Source: a candidate division CPR2 bacterium GW2011_GWC2_39_10 | Lineage (GTDB): Bacteria > Patescibacteriota > CPR2 | Reading direction: 5' to 3' | Assembly (NCBI GenBank): GCA_000993275.1 | Contig: LBVV01000009.1 | Span: forward strand, 2,897 to 66,896 | Length of the DNA: 64,000 bases | Shown: piece after piece, positions 39,772-52,924 of the stretch | How the letters are laid out: every line of letters begins with the position of its first letter | How positions within the stretch are numbered: the stretch's first letter is position 1 | The notes under the pieces: model-generated | Told to the model about the DNA's origin: nothing | The model's input: only the letters and a program-made list of their open reading frames with translations | The model's database searches: none | Program-made: the position numbers and the translations under genes

Positions 39772-40796
39772 TTATGTCTCTTGACTAAAATCGTTTGCTT
39801 GTGATCTTTAAGTTTGTTAAAATTGATGCTAGAGAGCGCAAAGGATGAAAAAACATTTTATTCACACAAAAAAAGCATTTGCGGTTATTTTAACTATATT
39901 CTTATTTTTATCCCTATTTTTCTTTGATGTTTCTAAAGTGACAGCGGCAGATCCGCCTTATTTTGTGTATCTTACTAATTTTAGCGTAGATGCAAAAATC
40001 GTCGGGCAGCCTTTTAATCTACAGATTCAAGCCTGGGATCCTAATAATATGGGCAACAATCCTATTCAGACAATGAATGGAACAATTTCGCTTCAAAACT
40101 CCACTTCTTCTATTTCTCCAAGCCAGGTTACTATGTCGGGGGGGGAGTGGATAGGACAGGTAACTATTACCAAATCTACGACAAGTGAAGTTATAACGGC
40201 CATGGCTACCGGTTTTGTGTCTTCATCTTCGCCGCAGTTTACTGTTTTGCCTGATAGTAGACAGGTAATACTGGGTGTTTATGGAGGGAATGTCCAATCT
40301 AAAACAGTAACGAACAGACTGGATAACTCTTTGCAAGTTAGAGCTATGGATAAATATGGTAATGCTATATCAAATGCCGGTATTTTATTTAAAAGCGTTG
40401 GTTTTCCGCCGGGTGCTAGCGGATATTCATTATCCTCCGGCAGCGTTTTGACGGATATAAATGGCATTGCTTCGACCCAATTTACTTTGGGCAACAAAAT
40501 AGGTACGTATATGGTTCAGGCCACTATTATTTCTGGCCTTTCGCCGCCGGTTACTTTTTATTCGAATGCAACAGCAGATGTCTTAAACAATCTTTTTATC
40601 TCACCAATTATTGCGGTTATACCCAAGGGAGCCCAACAGGTTTTTCAAACTACCGGAACCGATCGGCATGGCAATCCTGTTTCTGTTTCCGGAGTTGCGT
40701 GGTCGGTAGAAAGAGGCGGCGGTACCATTGATCAAAACGGTGTCCTGATCGAGGTCTTTTATCGCGATCTGCCGGGAAGCGACAAGGAGTTCCTCC

Positions 40797-41758
<962 letters not shown>

Positions 41759-41767
41759 GAGGGTATT

Positions 41768-42304
41768 TTGGCTGATTGGTTAATAAATATATTTATCACA
41801 TCCGTGTGTTTATTCACTTTGGGCTTATATTTTACTTACAGGGAAAGAGAACTGGAAGCAATTGCCAAAAGTAAGCTTGATGAAACTAAAGAAAAATACT
41901 TGGATCAAATTGCCAAAAGAAAAGCCAGGGAAAGAGAAGAAATAAGTAAATTACAAGCTATTGTTGCAGAAATTGAAAAGAAACATCAGGAAGTGGAAGT
42001 GGCGAGGCAAAATATTGGGCAAGGATCCGAGAGGGGTGCCGGTCAAAATGTATCCAATGTATCCACGGAAGAAGCTGAAAAAATTCTTGAAAGCGCAAGG
42101 GAAAGAGCAGCGGAAATTGAAGAAGAGGCGAAGAAAAAAGCTGACGAGTTTTTAGACAAACAAAAGAAGGAAGTTCAAACGAAAATGGTTGATTTGGTAA
42201 TGGGCGTAGTCAAAAAAGTTATTGGCCAGTTAGTAAGCTATGAGGATCACAAGAAAATAATTAAATCGGCGTTGGATGATATGGAGGGGGAGGGCAAGCG
42301 TTAG
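41768..42304 (+). CDS. atpF: F0 ATP synthase subunit b
   Basis: Single N-terminal TM and a long charged helix; operon position. Confidence 0.75.
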   Translation: MADWLINIFITSVCLFTLGLYFTYRERELEAIAKSKLDETKEKYLDQIAKRKAREREEISKLQAIVAEIEKKHQEVEVARQNIGQGSERGAGQNVSNVSTEEAEKILESARERAAEIEEEAKKKADEFLDKQKKEVQTKMVDLVMGVVKKVIGQLVSYEDHKKIIKSALDDMEGEGKR

Positions 42305-42843
42305 TGAAAACCATAAAGGATCATATAGATACAATCCTAGGTTCCATACATTCCAAGAAGGATTTGGATGAGGCGGTTTTTTGTGTGTGTTCTTTCGCCG
42401 AGCTTGTAGATTATAAGTCGGTTGGCGGCGACCAAAGCCAGAAAAGAAAACTCTTAATTGCCTCGGAAGTTAAAAATATCCAATCTGTTATTATCGGGGA
42501 TTATTTTACTAAACTTGTGAAGGCAAACCAAATGTGGCTTTTCGAGCCGTCACATTTTGCCGATTTTAATACGGCACTAAGTAGCATGGCATCTGAAACG
42601 TCAGCTATCGACTTAAAAGTAGCCATCGATTTAAAAGAAAGTGATATCCGGGAAATTGCCGATTATTTTTCCGCGAAGCAGCAGCATAAAGTCATCTTAA
42701 ATATTTCAGTTGATAAGTCGCTAATTGGCGGCGCCATAATAAAAAAGGATAATTACATAATGGACTTTTCCTTAAAAAATAAGCTTTCTACCTTAAGCGC
42801 TCAATGGAAAAAGTCTATTAAATTAAGTAAAGCCGATGAGTAA
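42304..42843 (+). CDS. atpH: F1 ATP synthase subunit delta (OSCP)
   Basis: Lies between atpF and atpA; OSCP-like C-terminus. Confidence 0.65.
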   Translation: MKTIKDHIDTILGSIHSKKDLDEAVFCVCSFAELVDYKSVGGDQSQKRKLLIASEVKNIQSVIIGDYFTKLVKANQMWLFEPSHFADFNTALSSMASETSAIDLKVAIDLKESDIREIADYFSAKQQHKVILNISVDKSLIGGAIIKKDNYIMDFSLKNKLSTLSAQWKKSIKLSKADE

Positions 42844-44590
42844 AAGCATAGTCGATTTTTTAAATGAAATTGATGAAAAACCAAAAGATAAGGCAGCGCC
42901 TAAAAAGAAAAAAAAGACGGTTGCTGCATTTAAGCCTTCTTTAAATTCCCCAAAAACTGTTAAAAATATTTCTAAAGTTTTGGAAGAATCAATGCCGGTA
43001 AACGAGTTGTCGCCGGATATAGTTGAGGTGGGCGAGGTTGTTTATATCGGTGATGGTGTCTGCAAGATTGAAGGCTTATCTAACGCTCGAATTGACGACG
43101 TTTTAAAAATTGAAACAGAAAAAGGTGAGGTTTTAACGTTGGTTCTGGGTATGTCGGACAGTCTGGTAGAAACAGTTGTTTTGGGAGACTATTTTGGCAT
43201 CAAAAAGGGGCAAAATGTTATTTCAACCAGAAAGACTTTAAAAATTTCCAGTGGCGAAGATATTTTAGGAAGAGTAATTTCTCCAATCGGAAAACCCTTG
43301 GACGGCAGGGGCCCGATTAAAGGGGGGAAAATGATGCAGGTTGAACGTCCTGCGCCGCCCGTTTATATGCGCTCTCCGATAGTGGATCAATTAAAGACTG
43401 GTTTTCTGGTGGTTGACTCTATTATTCCTGTCGGTCTTGGGCAGAGGGAGTTGGTAATAGGCGATAGAAAGACCGGCAAAACAAGATTTATGGCTGACGT
43501 AATATGCAACTTAAAGGGAGCCGGCATCTATTGCGTATATGTTGCTATTGGTGCTCAAAAAGCAAAAGTCAAGGGATTCACCGAATATTTGGATAGGTTT
43601 GGTGCTTTAGAATATACGGCAATTGTTATGAGTAGCTCGGATGATCCGCCATCTTTAAATTATTTGGCGCCGTATGCCGGATCTGCCTTGGCGGAATATT
43701 TTTTAGATCAGGGAAAGAATGCTTTAGTGATATATGACGATTTATCAAAACACGCCAAAGCTTATCGCCAGATGGCACTTCTTTTAAAAAGATCTCCGGG
43801 GCGAGATGCCTATCCCGGCGACATTTTCTTTTTGCATTCAAGGCTTTTAGAACGAAGCGCCAAGCTTTCTGGACAGTATGGCGGGGGTTCCATTACAGCC
43901 CTTCCGATGGCGGAAACGCAAAACGGTGATATTTCCGAATACATCACTACCAACTTGATGTCTATTACCGACGGCCACATCTACTTGGACAGTCTTATGA
44001 TGCACGATGGTATTCTGCCGGCAGTTAATTCCGGAGCATCGGTTTCTCGTATTGGCGGCAGCATTCAGCCGCCTATGCTTAGAAAACTGGCTGAGCTTGC
44101 AGCGGGTCAGTTAGCCAGGTATAACGAGGTAAAATCCTATGAAATAATGAATACGGAAATATCCATAGAAACAGAAAGAGAAATTGCTAAAGGCAAAAGA
44201 ATCTTAGAGATTTTCACGCAAAAATCAGGTATTAATTATTTGCAAGATGAAGAAGTTTTGCTCCTATATTTAGTGACTACCGGCCTCTTGGACTTTATCG
44301 ATTTGTCGGTCGTAACTAACATTAAAAGTGAAATAATTGAATTTTATCGGAACAATAGAGATAACTTTTCCGATTTTGCTAAAGGCGCTTTAAGCGTTAT
44401 GAAAAGTGTTGATGAAATAAAACCGTTTGCCGATCACCTTATTGAGGGATTTTATGCTAAATCCGAATCCGAAAGTGCTAAAACTTTAAAAAATGCCTAT
44501 TTGAAAGATGTAGAGGATAAAGAGACAAAGGAAAAAGAAAAGGCAAGTAAGGAAGCGGAAAATAAAGCTAAAGAAGGCGATAAAACGTAA
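42836..44590 (+). CDS. atpA: F1 ATP synthase subunit alpha, with N- and C-terminal Lys/Glu-rich extensions
   Basis: GDRKTGKT Walker A and conserved alpha-subunit blocks. Confidence 0.92.
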   Translation: MSKSIVDFLNEIDEKPKDKAAPKKKKKTVAAFKPSLNSPKTVKNISKVLEESMPVNELSPDIVEVGEVVYIGDGVCKIEGLSNARIDDVLKIETEKGEVLTLVLGMSDSLVETVVLGDYFGIKKGQNVISTRKTLKISSGEDILGRVISPIGKPLDGRGPIKGGKMMQVERPAPPVYMRSPIVDQLKTGFLVVDSIIPVGLGQRELVIGDRKTGKTRFMADVICNLKGAGIYCVYVAIGAQKAKVKGFTEYLDRFGALEYTAIVMSSSDDPPSLNYLAPYAGSALAEYFLDQGKNALVIYDDLSKHAKAYRQMALLLKRSPGRDAYPGDIFFLHSRLLERSAKLSGQYGGGSITALPMAETQNGDISEYITTNLMSITDGHIYLDSLMMHDGILPAVNSGASVSRIGGSIQPPMLRKLAELAAGQLARYNEVKSYEIMNTEISIETEREIAKGKRILEIFTQKSGINYLQDEEVLLLYLVTTGLLDFIDLSVVTNIKSEIIEFYRNNRDNFSDFAKGALSVMKSVDEIKPFADHLIEGFYAKSESESAKTLKNAYLKDVEDKETKEKEKASKEAENKAKEGDKT

Positions 44591-44615
44591 GGAAAAAGAA
44601 AGGGTAAAATAAAAA

Positions 44616-45494
44616 ATGCCGACGCTAAATGAGGTTAAAGAACAAATTGCGGTTGTAGGATCTGTGGGTGATTTTGCCAATGCGCTCCAACAAATTGCGG
44701 CAATGCGGATGGTAGCCCTGCGAAACCAGGTCTTAAACAGCAAGAGGTTTGTAGATGAGGCAACCGAAATTTTAAAAGAACTTAAATATTATCGTGAACT
44801 TTTATTTTTGGAAGAATACGAAAGAACCTCAAAAAAAGCATTTGGCAAGAACGAGAAAAAAGAGGAAAAGCCCATTAAAGATGCAGTAATGGTGGTGTCT
44901 TCAAACCAGGGTTTATGCGGTAGGTTCAACGCCGAAATATTTAAAAAAATGGAAAACTATATTTTTCCTAGAAATCCGGATGCCGATTATTATCTTTTAG
45001 GCAAAAAATGTCAGGAGCATTATTTGTCGTCTAAAAGGTTTAAGTTAAAGTTTTTCCCATATAACGTACCCGATAATTTTACAGCAAAAGATTTGATAAG
45101 GCTAACGGGTGTCTTTTCTCACTACAATAAAATTATTTTAATTTATACGAGGTATATAAACACTGTTAACAGTCAAGTAGTCGAAACTTTATTAGTTACA
45201 CCGCCAACCCCCATAGAGAAACAAAAAAAGGGTGACAAGGTTCAATATTTATTTGAACCTTCAATCGAAGATTTAATTATTGATGCTTCCGCTAAGTTGA
45301 GGGCGGCGGCATTTCAGCAGCAGATATTGGATTCAAGGCTGGCCCAATATTCAGCGCAAATGGTGGGTATGCAAGGAGCCTCAGAAAACGCCAAAGTAAT
45401 GCTTGATGATCTCGGGCACGAATATAATAAGCAAAGAAGAAAAATGATTGATAAAAAAATTGGGGAAGTTTTTGCCGGAAGCGCTTTATGGTAG
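44616..45494 (+). CDS. atpG: F1 ATP synthase subunit gamma
   Basis: Operon position and gamma-like N/C helices. Confidence 0.8.
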   Translation: MPTLNEVKEQIAVVGSVGDFANALQQIAAMRMVALRNQVLNSKRFVDEATEILKELKYYRELLFLEEYERTSKKAFGKNEKKEEKPIKDAVMVVSSNQGLCGRFNAEIFKKMENYIFPRNPDADYYLLGKKCQEHYLSSKRFKLKFFPYNVPDNFTAKDLIRLTGVFSHYNKIILIYTRYINTVNSQVVETLLVTPPTPIEKQKKGDKVQYLFEPSIEDLIIDASAKLRAAAFQQQILDSRLAQYSAQMVGMQGASENAKVMLDDLGHEYNKQRRKMIDKKIGEVFAGSALW

Positions 45495-45512
45495 AGATAG
45501 GCTAAAAGTTAA

Positions 45513-46905
<1,393 letters not shown>

Positions 46906-46921
<16 letters not shown>

Positions 46922-47262
46922 AAGAGATTAAACCCCAAGAGGAAGCTGAAAAACAGAACAAAGATACTCCGGAATTTGTGGCTAAGGAAAAACAGGACTT
47001 GGCCGCAAAAGAATTTCCGGAAACTTTTAATTTGGTAATTGTTGATATGGACAGGGTAACCTTCGAGGGGCCGGCAAAATCCCTCATTGCTCCCGGATCG
47101 AATGGAAATTTTGCCATTTTGCCCGGGCATACGCCTTTATTTGCTAAAATCGATTCGGGCAAGCTTTTCATCGAACATAAATTTGGCACTGAGGAATTAC
47201 AGATAAAGGGCGGTATTGCTAAAATTAATCAATTTCAGGTAACAATATTGGTGGATTTTTAA
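46906..47262 (+). CDS. atpC: F1 ATP synthase subunit epsilon. It has the N-terminal beta-sandwich only, plus an acidic N-terminal extension.
   Basis: ILPGHTPLF motif; operon position. Confidence 0.7.
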
Positions 47263-47310
47263 TAAGTCCAGTAAAATATAAACATATTTTATAGGTACCT
47301 AAAAATTATG

Positions 47311-47339
47311 TTGACATGTTTTTAAGCATTATTTATTAT
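47311..47339 (+). promoter_or_regulatory. Sigma70-like promoter (TTGACA, 17 nt, TATTAT) upstream of the WxL-like gene
   Basis: Seen in the sequence. Confidence 0.45.
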
Positions 47340-47536
47340 AGATATAACTTGTTTAAGCAAAGGCAAGTTTTATAAGCAGTTAGTTTATTAATAACCAAAT
47401 AAAAAATAGCAAAGAGTTGGCAAAGGAGGTGAATATAGGAGCATAAACTTCTATTACGTGCGTGTAAATTTGAAAAAACCATCAATTAACAGGGGGAATG
47501 AAAACAAATATTATTTAAAATTTAAAAGGAGAGAAG

Positions 47537-48685
47537 ATGTTACAACGCTTCCAAAAATTACTGGTCTACACCACTGCTGTAATGGCAATGTTTGTAAACG
47601 GCCTACCGGCAATGGCGGCCGATAAGTTAGACGATACAAACGTCAGGCTATCTGAGCCAAGAGCCAGCCAATCGTCCACCTATACTTTTGCAACCAAGGC
47701 TAAAACCACCGGTTCAATAAAAGGTATTAAAATGAAATTTAGAAGAGAGGCCTCTAACGGTCAGCAGCACCCAACGGATATGACTCAAACCAGTGCCGCA
47801 AAAGGCACCATGACAGGCGGCCTTACTGCAGCCAATTACACTCTAGACAGGACAACCGATGCCGGAACCGGTATTTTATACCTGCAAAATAACACTGGCG
47901 ATACTATAAATGGCGGGACTAGCATTACCTGGGAAGTTACCGGTATGGGCAATCCGTCAATTGGCGCAACTAACGCCGGTTGTACCCCAAGCTCAAATAA
48001 TTCCAGCGGTACTTGCTACCTAAGAATTCTTACTTTTAACACCGATACTTTAGCAGATCTTCAGGCAGAAACTCCTGCTAACATATTAGACACTGCCACC
48101 GTATCTTACACTGTTACTTCCGATGTTACCGTAACTGCCACCGTAGATCCGTCGCTTACCTTCACCGTAACCGGTGTCGCTTCCGGTGCAAGTGCTAACG
48201 GTCAGACCACTTCTCACACTTCAACCTTTACCACTTTACCCTTCGGTAATTTAGCAACCAATACCCCGAAGTATTTGGCTCATGACTTAACTGTTAGAAC
48301 CAATGCTACTAAGGGCTATCAGGTAACAATGAAAATGAGAGATGACATGACCGGAACTTATGCGGCGAACAACATTGATCCATACGTTGGTAACGCTGCT
48401 ACTTGGGCTGTTCCACAAGCTTGGACATCTCCAACTAGCGCAACTGCCAATGAGGACACAGGTTGGATTGGCGCCAATACTCCGGACACTGATGTATCCG
48501 GCTGGGCGGCACCATCCGGTAAATGGGGCCCTGTAAACGGTACCGAAAATCAAGTAATGCTTTCATCCGGTCCGGACATAGGCACTGTTGCAACCAGAAT
48601 CAGCTACACTATGGAAACCGACGTATATCAGCCAGCTGACAATTACACTGGATACCTAATATACAACTGCATCCCAACTTACTAA
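47537..48685 (+). CDS. Secreted Thr-rich surface protein, WxL-like family candidate. Paralog of 49077-50153.
   Basis: Signal peptide. It shares a C-terminal ~75-aa block with 49077-50153 (TGWIGANT.DT.VSGW....G..GPV...EVM.S.G.D.GT.....Y..E...YQP.D.Y.G.LIY...PTY). Confidence 0.5.
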   Translation: MLQRFQKLLVYTTAVMAMFVNGLPAMAADKLDDTNVRLSEPRASQSSTYTFATKAKTTGSIKGIKMKFRREASNGQQHPTDMTQTSAAKGTMTGGLTAANYTLDRTTDAGTGILYLQNNTGDTINGGTSITWEVTGMGNPSIGATNAGCTPSSNNSSGTCYLRILTFNTDTLADLQAETPANILDTATVSYTVTSDVTVTATVDPSLTFTVTGVASGASANGQTTSHTSTFTTLPFGNLATNTPKYLAHDLTVRTNATKGYQVTMKMRDDMTGTYAANNIDPYVGNAATWAVPQAWTSPTSATANEDTGWIGANTPDTDVSGWAAPSGKWGPVNGTENQVMLSSGPDIGTVATRISYTMETDVYQPADNYTGYLIYNCIPTY

Positions 48686-48707
48686 CAAAACCTAGTTAAG
48701 TTTAAAA

Positions 48708-48736
48708 AAGAAGACCCGCAAGGGTCTTCTTTTGAT
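48708..48736 (+). terminator. Rho-independent terminator (AGAAGACCC-GCAA-GGGTCTTCT then T-run)
   Basis: Seen in the sequence. Confidence 0.8.
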
Positions 48737-49076
48737 TCCGAGGAAAAACTAGAATTAAGAATAACGAATTATGAATTAATTATGCGAATGAAGAATAAGG
48801 GATAAGCAGGACTTACGTACATCAATATTGTTCGACCTTGCCTGCCTGCCCGAAGCAAAGCGGAGGAGGATGGAGAACTACATTAATGCAACTTCAGTGT
48901 CTGGCAGCTGCCGGATCCTGAAGAGTAAAATAAGCAGTTCTGCGTAAGTCCCATAAAGCAAAAAGTTCTATCTTCTAATATTCTATATTCCCATACTTAA
49001 TACCTTATACTAGATTCTTTATTCTTCCCCCTTCTCTTATTGCTTTTCTGTCTAAAATTAGGTTACAATTAGATCA

Positions 49077-50153
49077 ATGAATAAGAGTTTCTGGGCTTCA
49101 AAAATAGTTGTTGGTTTGTTATTTTTTATAATCTTTTTTAATTGGCCCAATTTAGCGTTTGCGGGCACCTTAACCGGTGTTTCGGTTACTTTAGGATCAG
49201 TTACCCCCAAAACCACCACAACACACACAGCCGGATTTACAACAGCCACAGAAGCAACTTTAAAGCAGGTTACTTTCCAGTGGGAAAAAGATGCCGGTGA
49301 TTCGACTAAGCCTACAAGCTTAAACTTGGTTAATATAACTATCGGATCGGTAAGCGGTTTAAATTCATCAAATTGGACATTAGATACAGCGTCTTATAAT
49401 ACGGGACTTATCAAATATAATAATTCAGATGGCGAAAGCAAGACGGCATCCAGTGCCATAAGCATGGCTTTTGACAACGTATATAATGCGGAAATAGGTG
49501 ATTGCACTGTTTCGGGGAAAATGTTTGATACTTGTCACTTAACTGTCAAAACCTACAGCGACGCCGGAATAACTTTAGTTGATAATGCCACAACGTCTTA
49601 TCAACTGGAAGACGTGCCGTCCTTAACGTACAAGGTAGAAGGTGTGGTACAAGACACTGTTACAAATAATATTACTACCACTATAGATACCGGTTATGAT
49701 GAAATTGCTTTCGGTAAGCTGGGATTAAGAGAGGTGGAGTATGGCGCCCATAAGCTGTATGTAGAAACGACTGCTGCGGATGGATATACGGTTACAATGA
49801 AATTGGATGGGTACATACAAGGGCTAAAAGCGGCCAATAAAATAGATCCGTTTGCGGCCGTAGATTGCACATGGACTACCCCTAAGTCATGGACGACGCC
49901 TACGGGAACCGCAAATAGCACCGATACGGGTTGGATTGGGGCAAATACAAGTGATACCAGAGTAAGTGGCTGGAGTACGGATTCCGGGGGTAAATTTGGT
50001 CCCGTAAGTTCTACGGCTCATGAAGTTATGAAATCGACAGGGAAAGACTATGGAACCTATAAATATGTCACCTATGCGCTAGAGGTTAACGAATATCAGC
50101 CGTACGATTCTTATGCAGGAACTTTAATTTATGAAATTACGCCCACTTACTAA
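49077..50153 (+). CDS. Secreted surface protein, paralog of 47537-48685; it contains an SNWTLD (WxL) motif
   Basis: Signal peptide and the shared C-terminal block ending YEITPTY. Confidence 0.5.
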   Translation: MNKSFWASKIVVGLLFFIIFFNWPNLAFAGTLTGVSVTLGSVTPKTTTTHTAGFTTATEATLKQVTFQWEKDAGDSTKPTSLNLVNITIGSVSGLNSSNWTLDTASYNTGLIKYNNSDGESKTASSAISMAFDNVYNAEIGDCTVSGKMFDTCHLTVKTYSDAGITLVDNATTSYQLEDVPSLTYKVEGVVQDTVTNNITTTIDTGYDEIAFGKLGLREVEYGAHKLYVETTAADGYTVTMKLDGYIQGLKAANKIDPFAAVDCTWTTPKSWTTPTGTANSTDTGWIGANTSDTRVSGWSTDSGGKFGPVSSTAHEVMKSTGKDYGTYKYVTYALEVNEYQPYDSYAGTLIYEITPTY

Positions 50154-51273
50154 TTTAATTATCCTTTTACTTTTATTATTGCCGGTGAAAGTTTTGGGCT
50201 TGCCGGAAGTAGCAGGATTAATGATATCTTCCGTGTCTCCCTTTGCCGGACAAACTAACGTGCCGGTAAAAATTAATGAAGGCGCAAAAATAGTTTTTGC
50301 TAACTCATCTCTAAACATTAATGAAAGCTCTTTAGAAAATAATATAATTATTCTCTCAAGTGACAGCAGCGAAAAAATGTTCGCTAAAAACTTCCAGACA
50401 CATAACAGTCAAGACCCTATAATTGATACAGTTGTTAATTTTTATTTTGGTAGGGCGGGGGATGCTTCAAGTTTAAACTGCCAGTTAAAAAACAATACAA
50501 CCTACACTGTCACCTTAAAAGGCGGCAGTAGCGGCATAAAGGGTATAGCCGATGGGTATAGCCAAATAATGGCTTCGGATTATTCTTGGTCGTTTACGAC
50601 AGGGGACGATACTTTTAGTCCTGATGTTAAAATTTTGTCCGGAAAAAATCAACCCAACGTTAATGCGCTTTTTTCTTTCGAAACAGACGAGCCAACCAAT
50701 TACGAGATAAATTATGGTTATGCGGGCGGCACACAAGCTAAATTTTCATCAAATAATTTTAAAAGCAGACACGATTTTTATATGCCGGTTTTAATGGTTG
50801 GAAAAAACTATAATTTAAAACTAACGGCAAAGGATCGACAAGGAAATACCAAGGAAGTTGATTTTATAATTGAGGTGTTAAATATTTCCAATGTTAGTAT
50901 CAAGATCGGCGAAAAATCGGCTCAAATTACTTGGCAAACTTCGCGGCCCACGGCAACAGCCATCGAATATGGCGTATCAACCAAATATGAAATAAAGAAA
51001 AATATTAATGAATCTAGGACAAGCCACCAATTAGCATTAAATGATCTTTTGCTTGGGCAAAACAAGTATCATTTTCGAATAAAGGCCGAAGAAAAATCCG
51101 GCATCTCATACTCTATTGATTATGATTTTCAAACGTTGGCGAATAATCCGACTTATTATAATGATGAAGGTTTCTGGAGGAATGTGGGCGGCGAAACGGT
51201 GTCTGATGCGGGTACGCTTGAGCTAGTAACGCCCGTTAAAGACGCGGCGCAGGCAATTGGTAAAAGGGCTTAG
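50131..51273 (+). CDS. Secreted protein with Big_5-like and FN3 / purple-acid-phosphatase-N-like domains
   Basis: Signal peptide; SSVSPFAGQTNVPVKINEGAKIVF and SAQITWQTSRPTATAIEYGVS. Confidence 0.5.
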   Translation: MKLRPLTNLIILLLLLLPVKVLGLPEVAGLMISSVSPFAGQTNVPVKINEGAKIVFANSSLNINESSLENNIIILSSDSSEKMFAKNFQTHNSQDPIIDTVVNFYFGRAGDASSLNCQLKNNTTYTVTLKGGSSGIKGIADGYSQIMASDYSWSFTTGDDTFSPDVKILSGKNQPNVNALFSFETDEPTNYEINYGYAGGTQAKFSSNNFKSRHDFYMPVLMVGKNYNLKLTAKDRQGNTKEVDFIIEVLNISNVSIKIGEKSAQITWQTSRPTATAIEYGVSTKYEIKKNINESRTSHQLALNDLLLGQNKYHFRIKAEEKSGISYSIDYDFQTLANNPTYYNDEGFWRNVGGETVSDAGTLELVTPVKDAAQAIGKRA

Positions 51274-51515
51274 CGATGACAAGAGCCAGCCGGCAGATAG
51301 TTTTGGTGACGTTATTCTATATATGTTACTTATTATTGGGTTAGGTTCCGTAATCTATTTAAAGCAAAAAGAACTTAGCCTCTTAGGGAAGAGGGTTTAT
51401 TCAGGGCTTCTGTCGCCTTTTAAGGCTAACAATAAACTAAATAAAACAATCGATTCAGCGATAGAAGAAGAGATAAAGAAAAAAAGGGGTCAATAGTTTC
51501 TTTCTAGAGAACTTC

Positions 51516-51715
51516 TCTTTCTACTTTTTGGCAGCAAAAAGATAGCAAAAACTGCCGACAAAGCTACAAAATTGGGTTAGGACTGAGTCTTGTTCACTCT
51601 CAAAAAGTCGAACTCGTCGTAACCTCCTCAAACACAACTTTTTGAGATGTTCCCTGCGACATCCGACCTCAGCTTCGCCGAAGGCGAGACGGGAGTCCAC
51701 CACAATTTTTACGCT
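51516..51715. repeat. Repeat family B, copy 3. It carries a ~70-bp insertion flanked by CTCAAAAA / TTTTTGAGAT.
   Basis: Aligns with copies 1 and 2 at both ends (CTACTTTTTGGCAGCAAAAAG..CTGCCGAC..CTCTCAAAAAGTCGAACTCGTCG ... CGCTACAGTCGGA). Confidence 0.7.
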
Positions 51716-51738
51716 ACAGTCGGAAAAAATGAAATATT

Positions 51739-52923
51739 CTATATCAGACTTCGGAGTTTCTTAAAGAATCCTTTGGCTGATCTAATTTTCATTGTCAATG
51801 ACTCGGTGGTTTTGTTGCCGGCATCATCGTCAATTTCAATATCAACCTTGTATTTGCCAATGGGATACTTATCGAAAGAAAAGTTCTCGGAATCCGTTTC
51901 GTATTTGATGCCGTCAACAGTGACAAAAATTTTATTTACGCCCGAGGTAACATCCTTAACGGTATATCTTAAGTTTACGCCATCTATTGAAGCGTTCAAA
52001 TTTTCGGGAGGAATATTGTCCGTTTTAACGGCAAAGATGGTTTCCGGTCCATTTTTGTCACTTGCTATTGGGATTATATGGAAATACCATTCTCCTTCCT
52101 TAGCATCCAATTCTAAATTTGTCTGATTAGTACTACTTAAATCCGTACAGCTTTTTAATTCTTGATTTAAGCAGTATTTAAAATTTGTTACCCCCGATTC
52201 TCTTAGCCAGCCCAAATTAATTTTCTTAGAATTGTACCAATGGTTAGTGTCCGGATGGGTGGTTGAAAAAATCGTAATTTTTTGAAGTTGTCCGGGTAAT
52301 TTGTTCGACTTTATCTTAGAAACTATATAATCGCCGGACGCCGTTTGTCCTTTTATGGTGGTGGAGAAGTTTTCCTTATTTTTTATAAAAGTATCGCTTT
52401 CAACCAGCTTTATGTTGGCCGTGCCGGGATTATAGTACTTAAAAGTTATGGAAGCAATTTCAAAAGCCGGTGCTTTTGAAACGAAATTATCGGGTGGCAG
52501 GCAAGTGATATTTACAAAGCCGATGTCATTATCAAAATGCCGATTAAAAACAGTTTTGCAAACGGAGGAAGATAAATCTATGGATTCGGCAATTATGATA
52601 TCTTTTGAAAACTGTATTTTTGCCTGAATAGCCGTAACGGTCAAATTGGAGTTGGTTGAAGCTAGTAATTTAACAGTTGATTTTTCGTTCTCATCGATAA
52701 AGCTTCGTCCAACATTAAAAAACATTTTAGGGTTATTCCTTGCAGGATCGCTACTTCCTATTTCTTCCAAATTTTTTTGCTGGGCATCGTATATCTGATT
52801 AAAAACCGGAAAACAAATTAGCGTTAATATAAAGATTGACATAAAAGCCCATAAAATATGAAAAGAAGGTTTTTTCACCTTTGGCGTTAATCTTGTAATA
52901 ATTTTTGTAAGTATTTTTTTCAA
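51739..52923 (-). CDS. Membrane-anchored surface protein with a cohesin-like module
   Basis: N-terminal TM. LTVTAIQAKIQFSKDIIIAESIDLSSSVCKTV...NDIGFVNITC aligns with the cohesin-like modules of 57149 and 57703, with a conserved Cys pair. Confidence 0.45.
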   Translation of the reverse strand: MKKILTKIITRLTPKVKKPSFHILWAFMSIFILTLICFPVFNQIYDAQQKNLEEIGSSDPARNNPKMFFNVGRSFIDENEKSTVKLLASTNSNLTVTAIQAKIQFSKDIIIAESIDLSSSVCKTVFNRHFDNDIGFVNITCLPPDNFVSKAPAFEIASITFKYYNPGTANIKLVESDTFIKNKENFSTTIKGQTASGDYIVSKIKSNKLPGQLQKITIFSTTHPDTNHWYNSKKINLGWLRESGVTNFKYCLNQELKSCTDLSSTNQTNLELDAKEGEWYFHIIPIASDKNGPETIFAVKTDNIPPENLNASIDGVNLRYTVKDVTSGVNKIFVTVDGIKYETDSENFSFDKYPIGKYKVDIEIDDDAGNKTTESLTMKIRSAKGFFKKLRSLI

Positions 52924-52924
52924 T

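Noticed and set aside
39604-39804. 66-aa ORF
   Set aside because: It overlaps the REP-like hairpin and the terminal-motif composite repeat and has no RBS.
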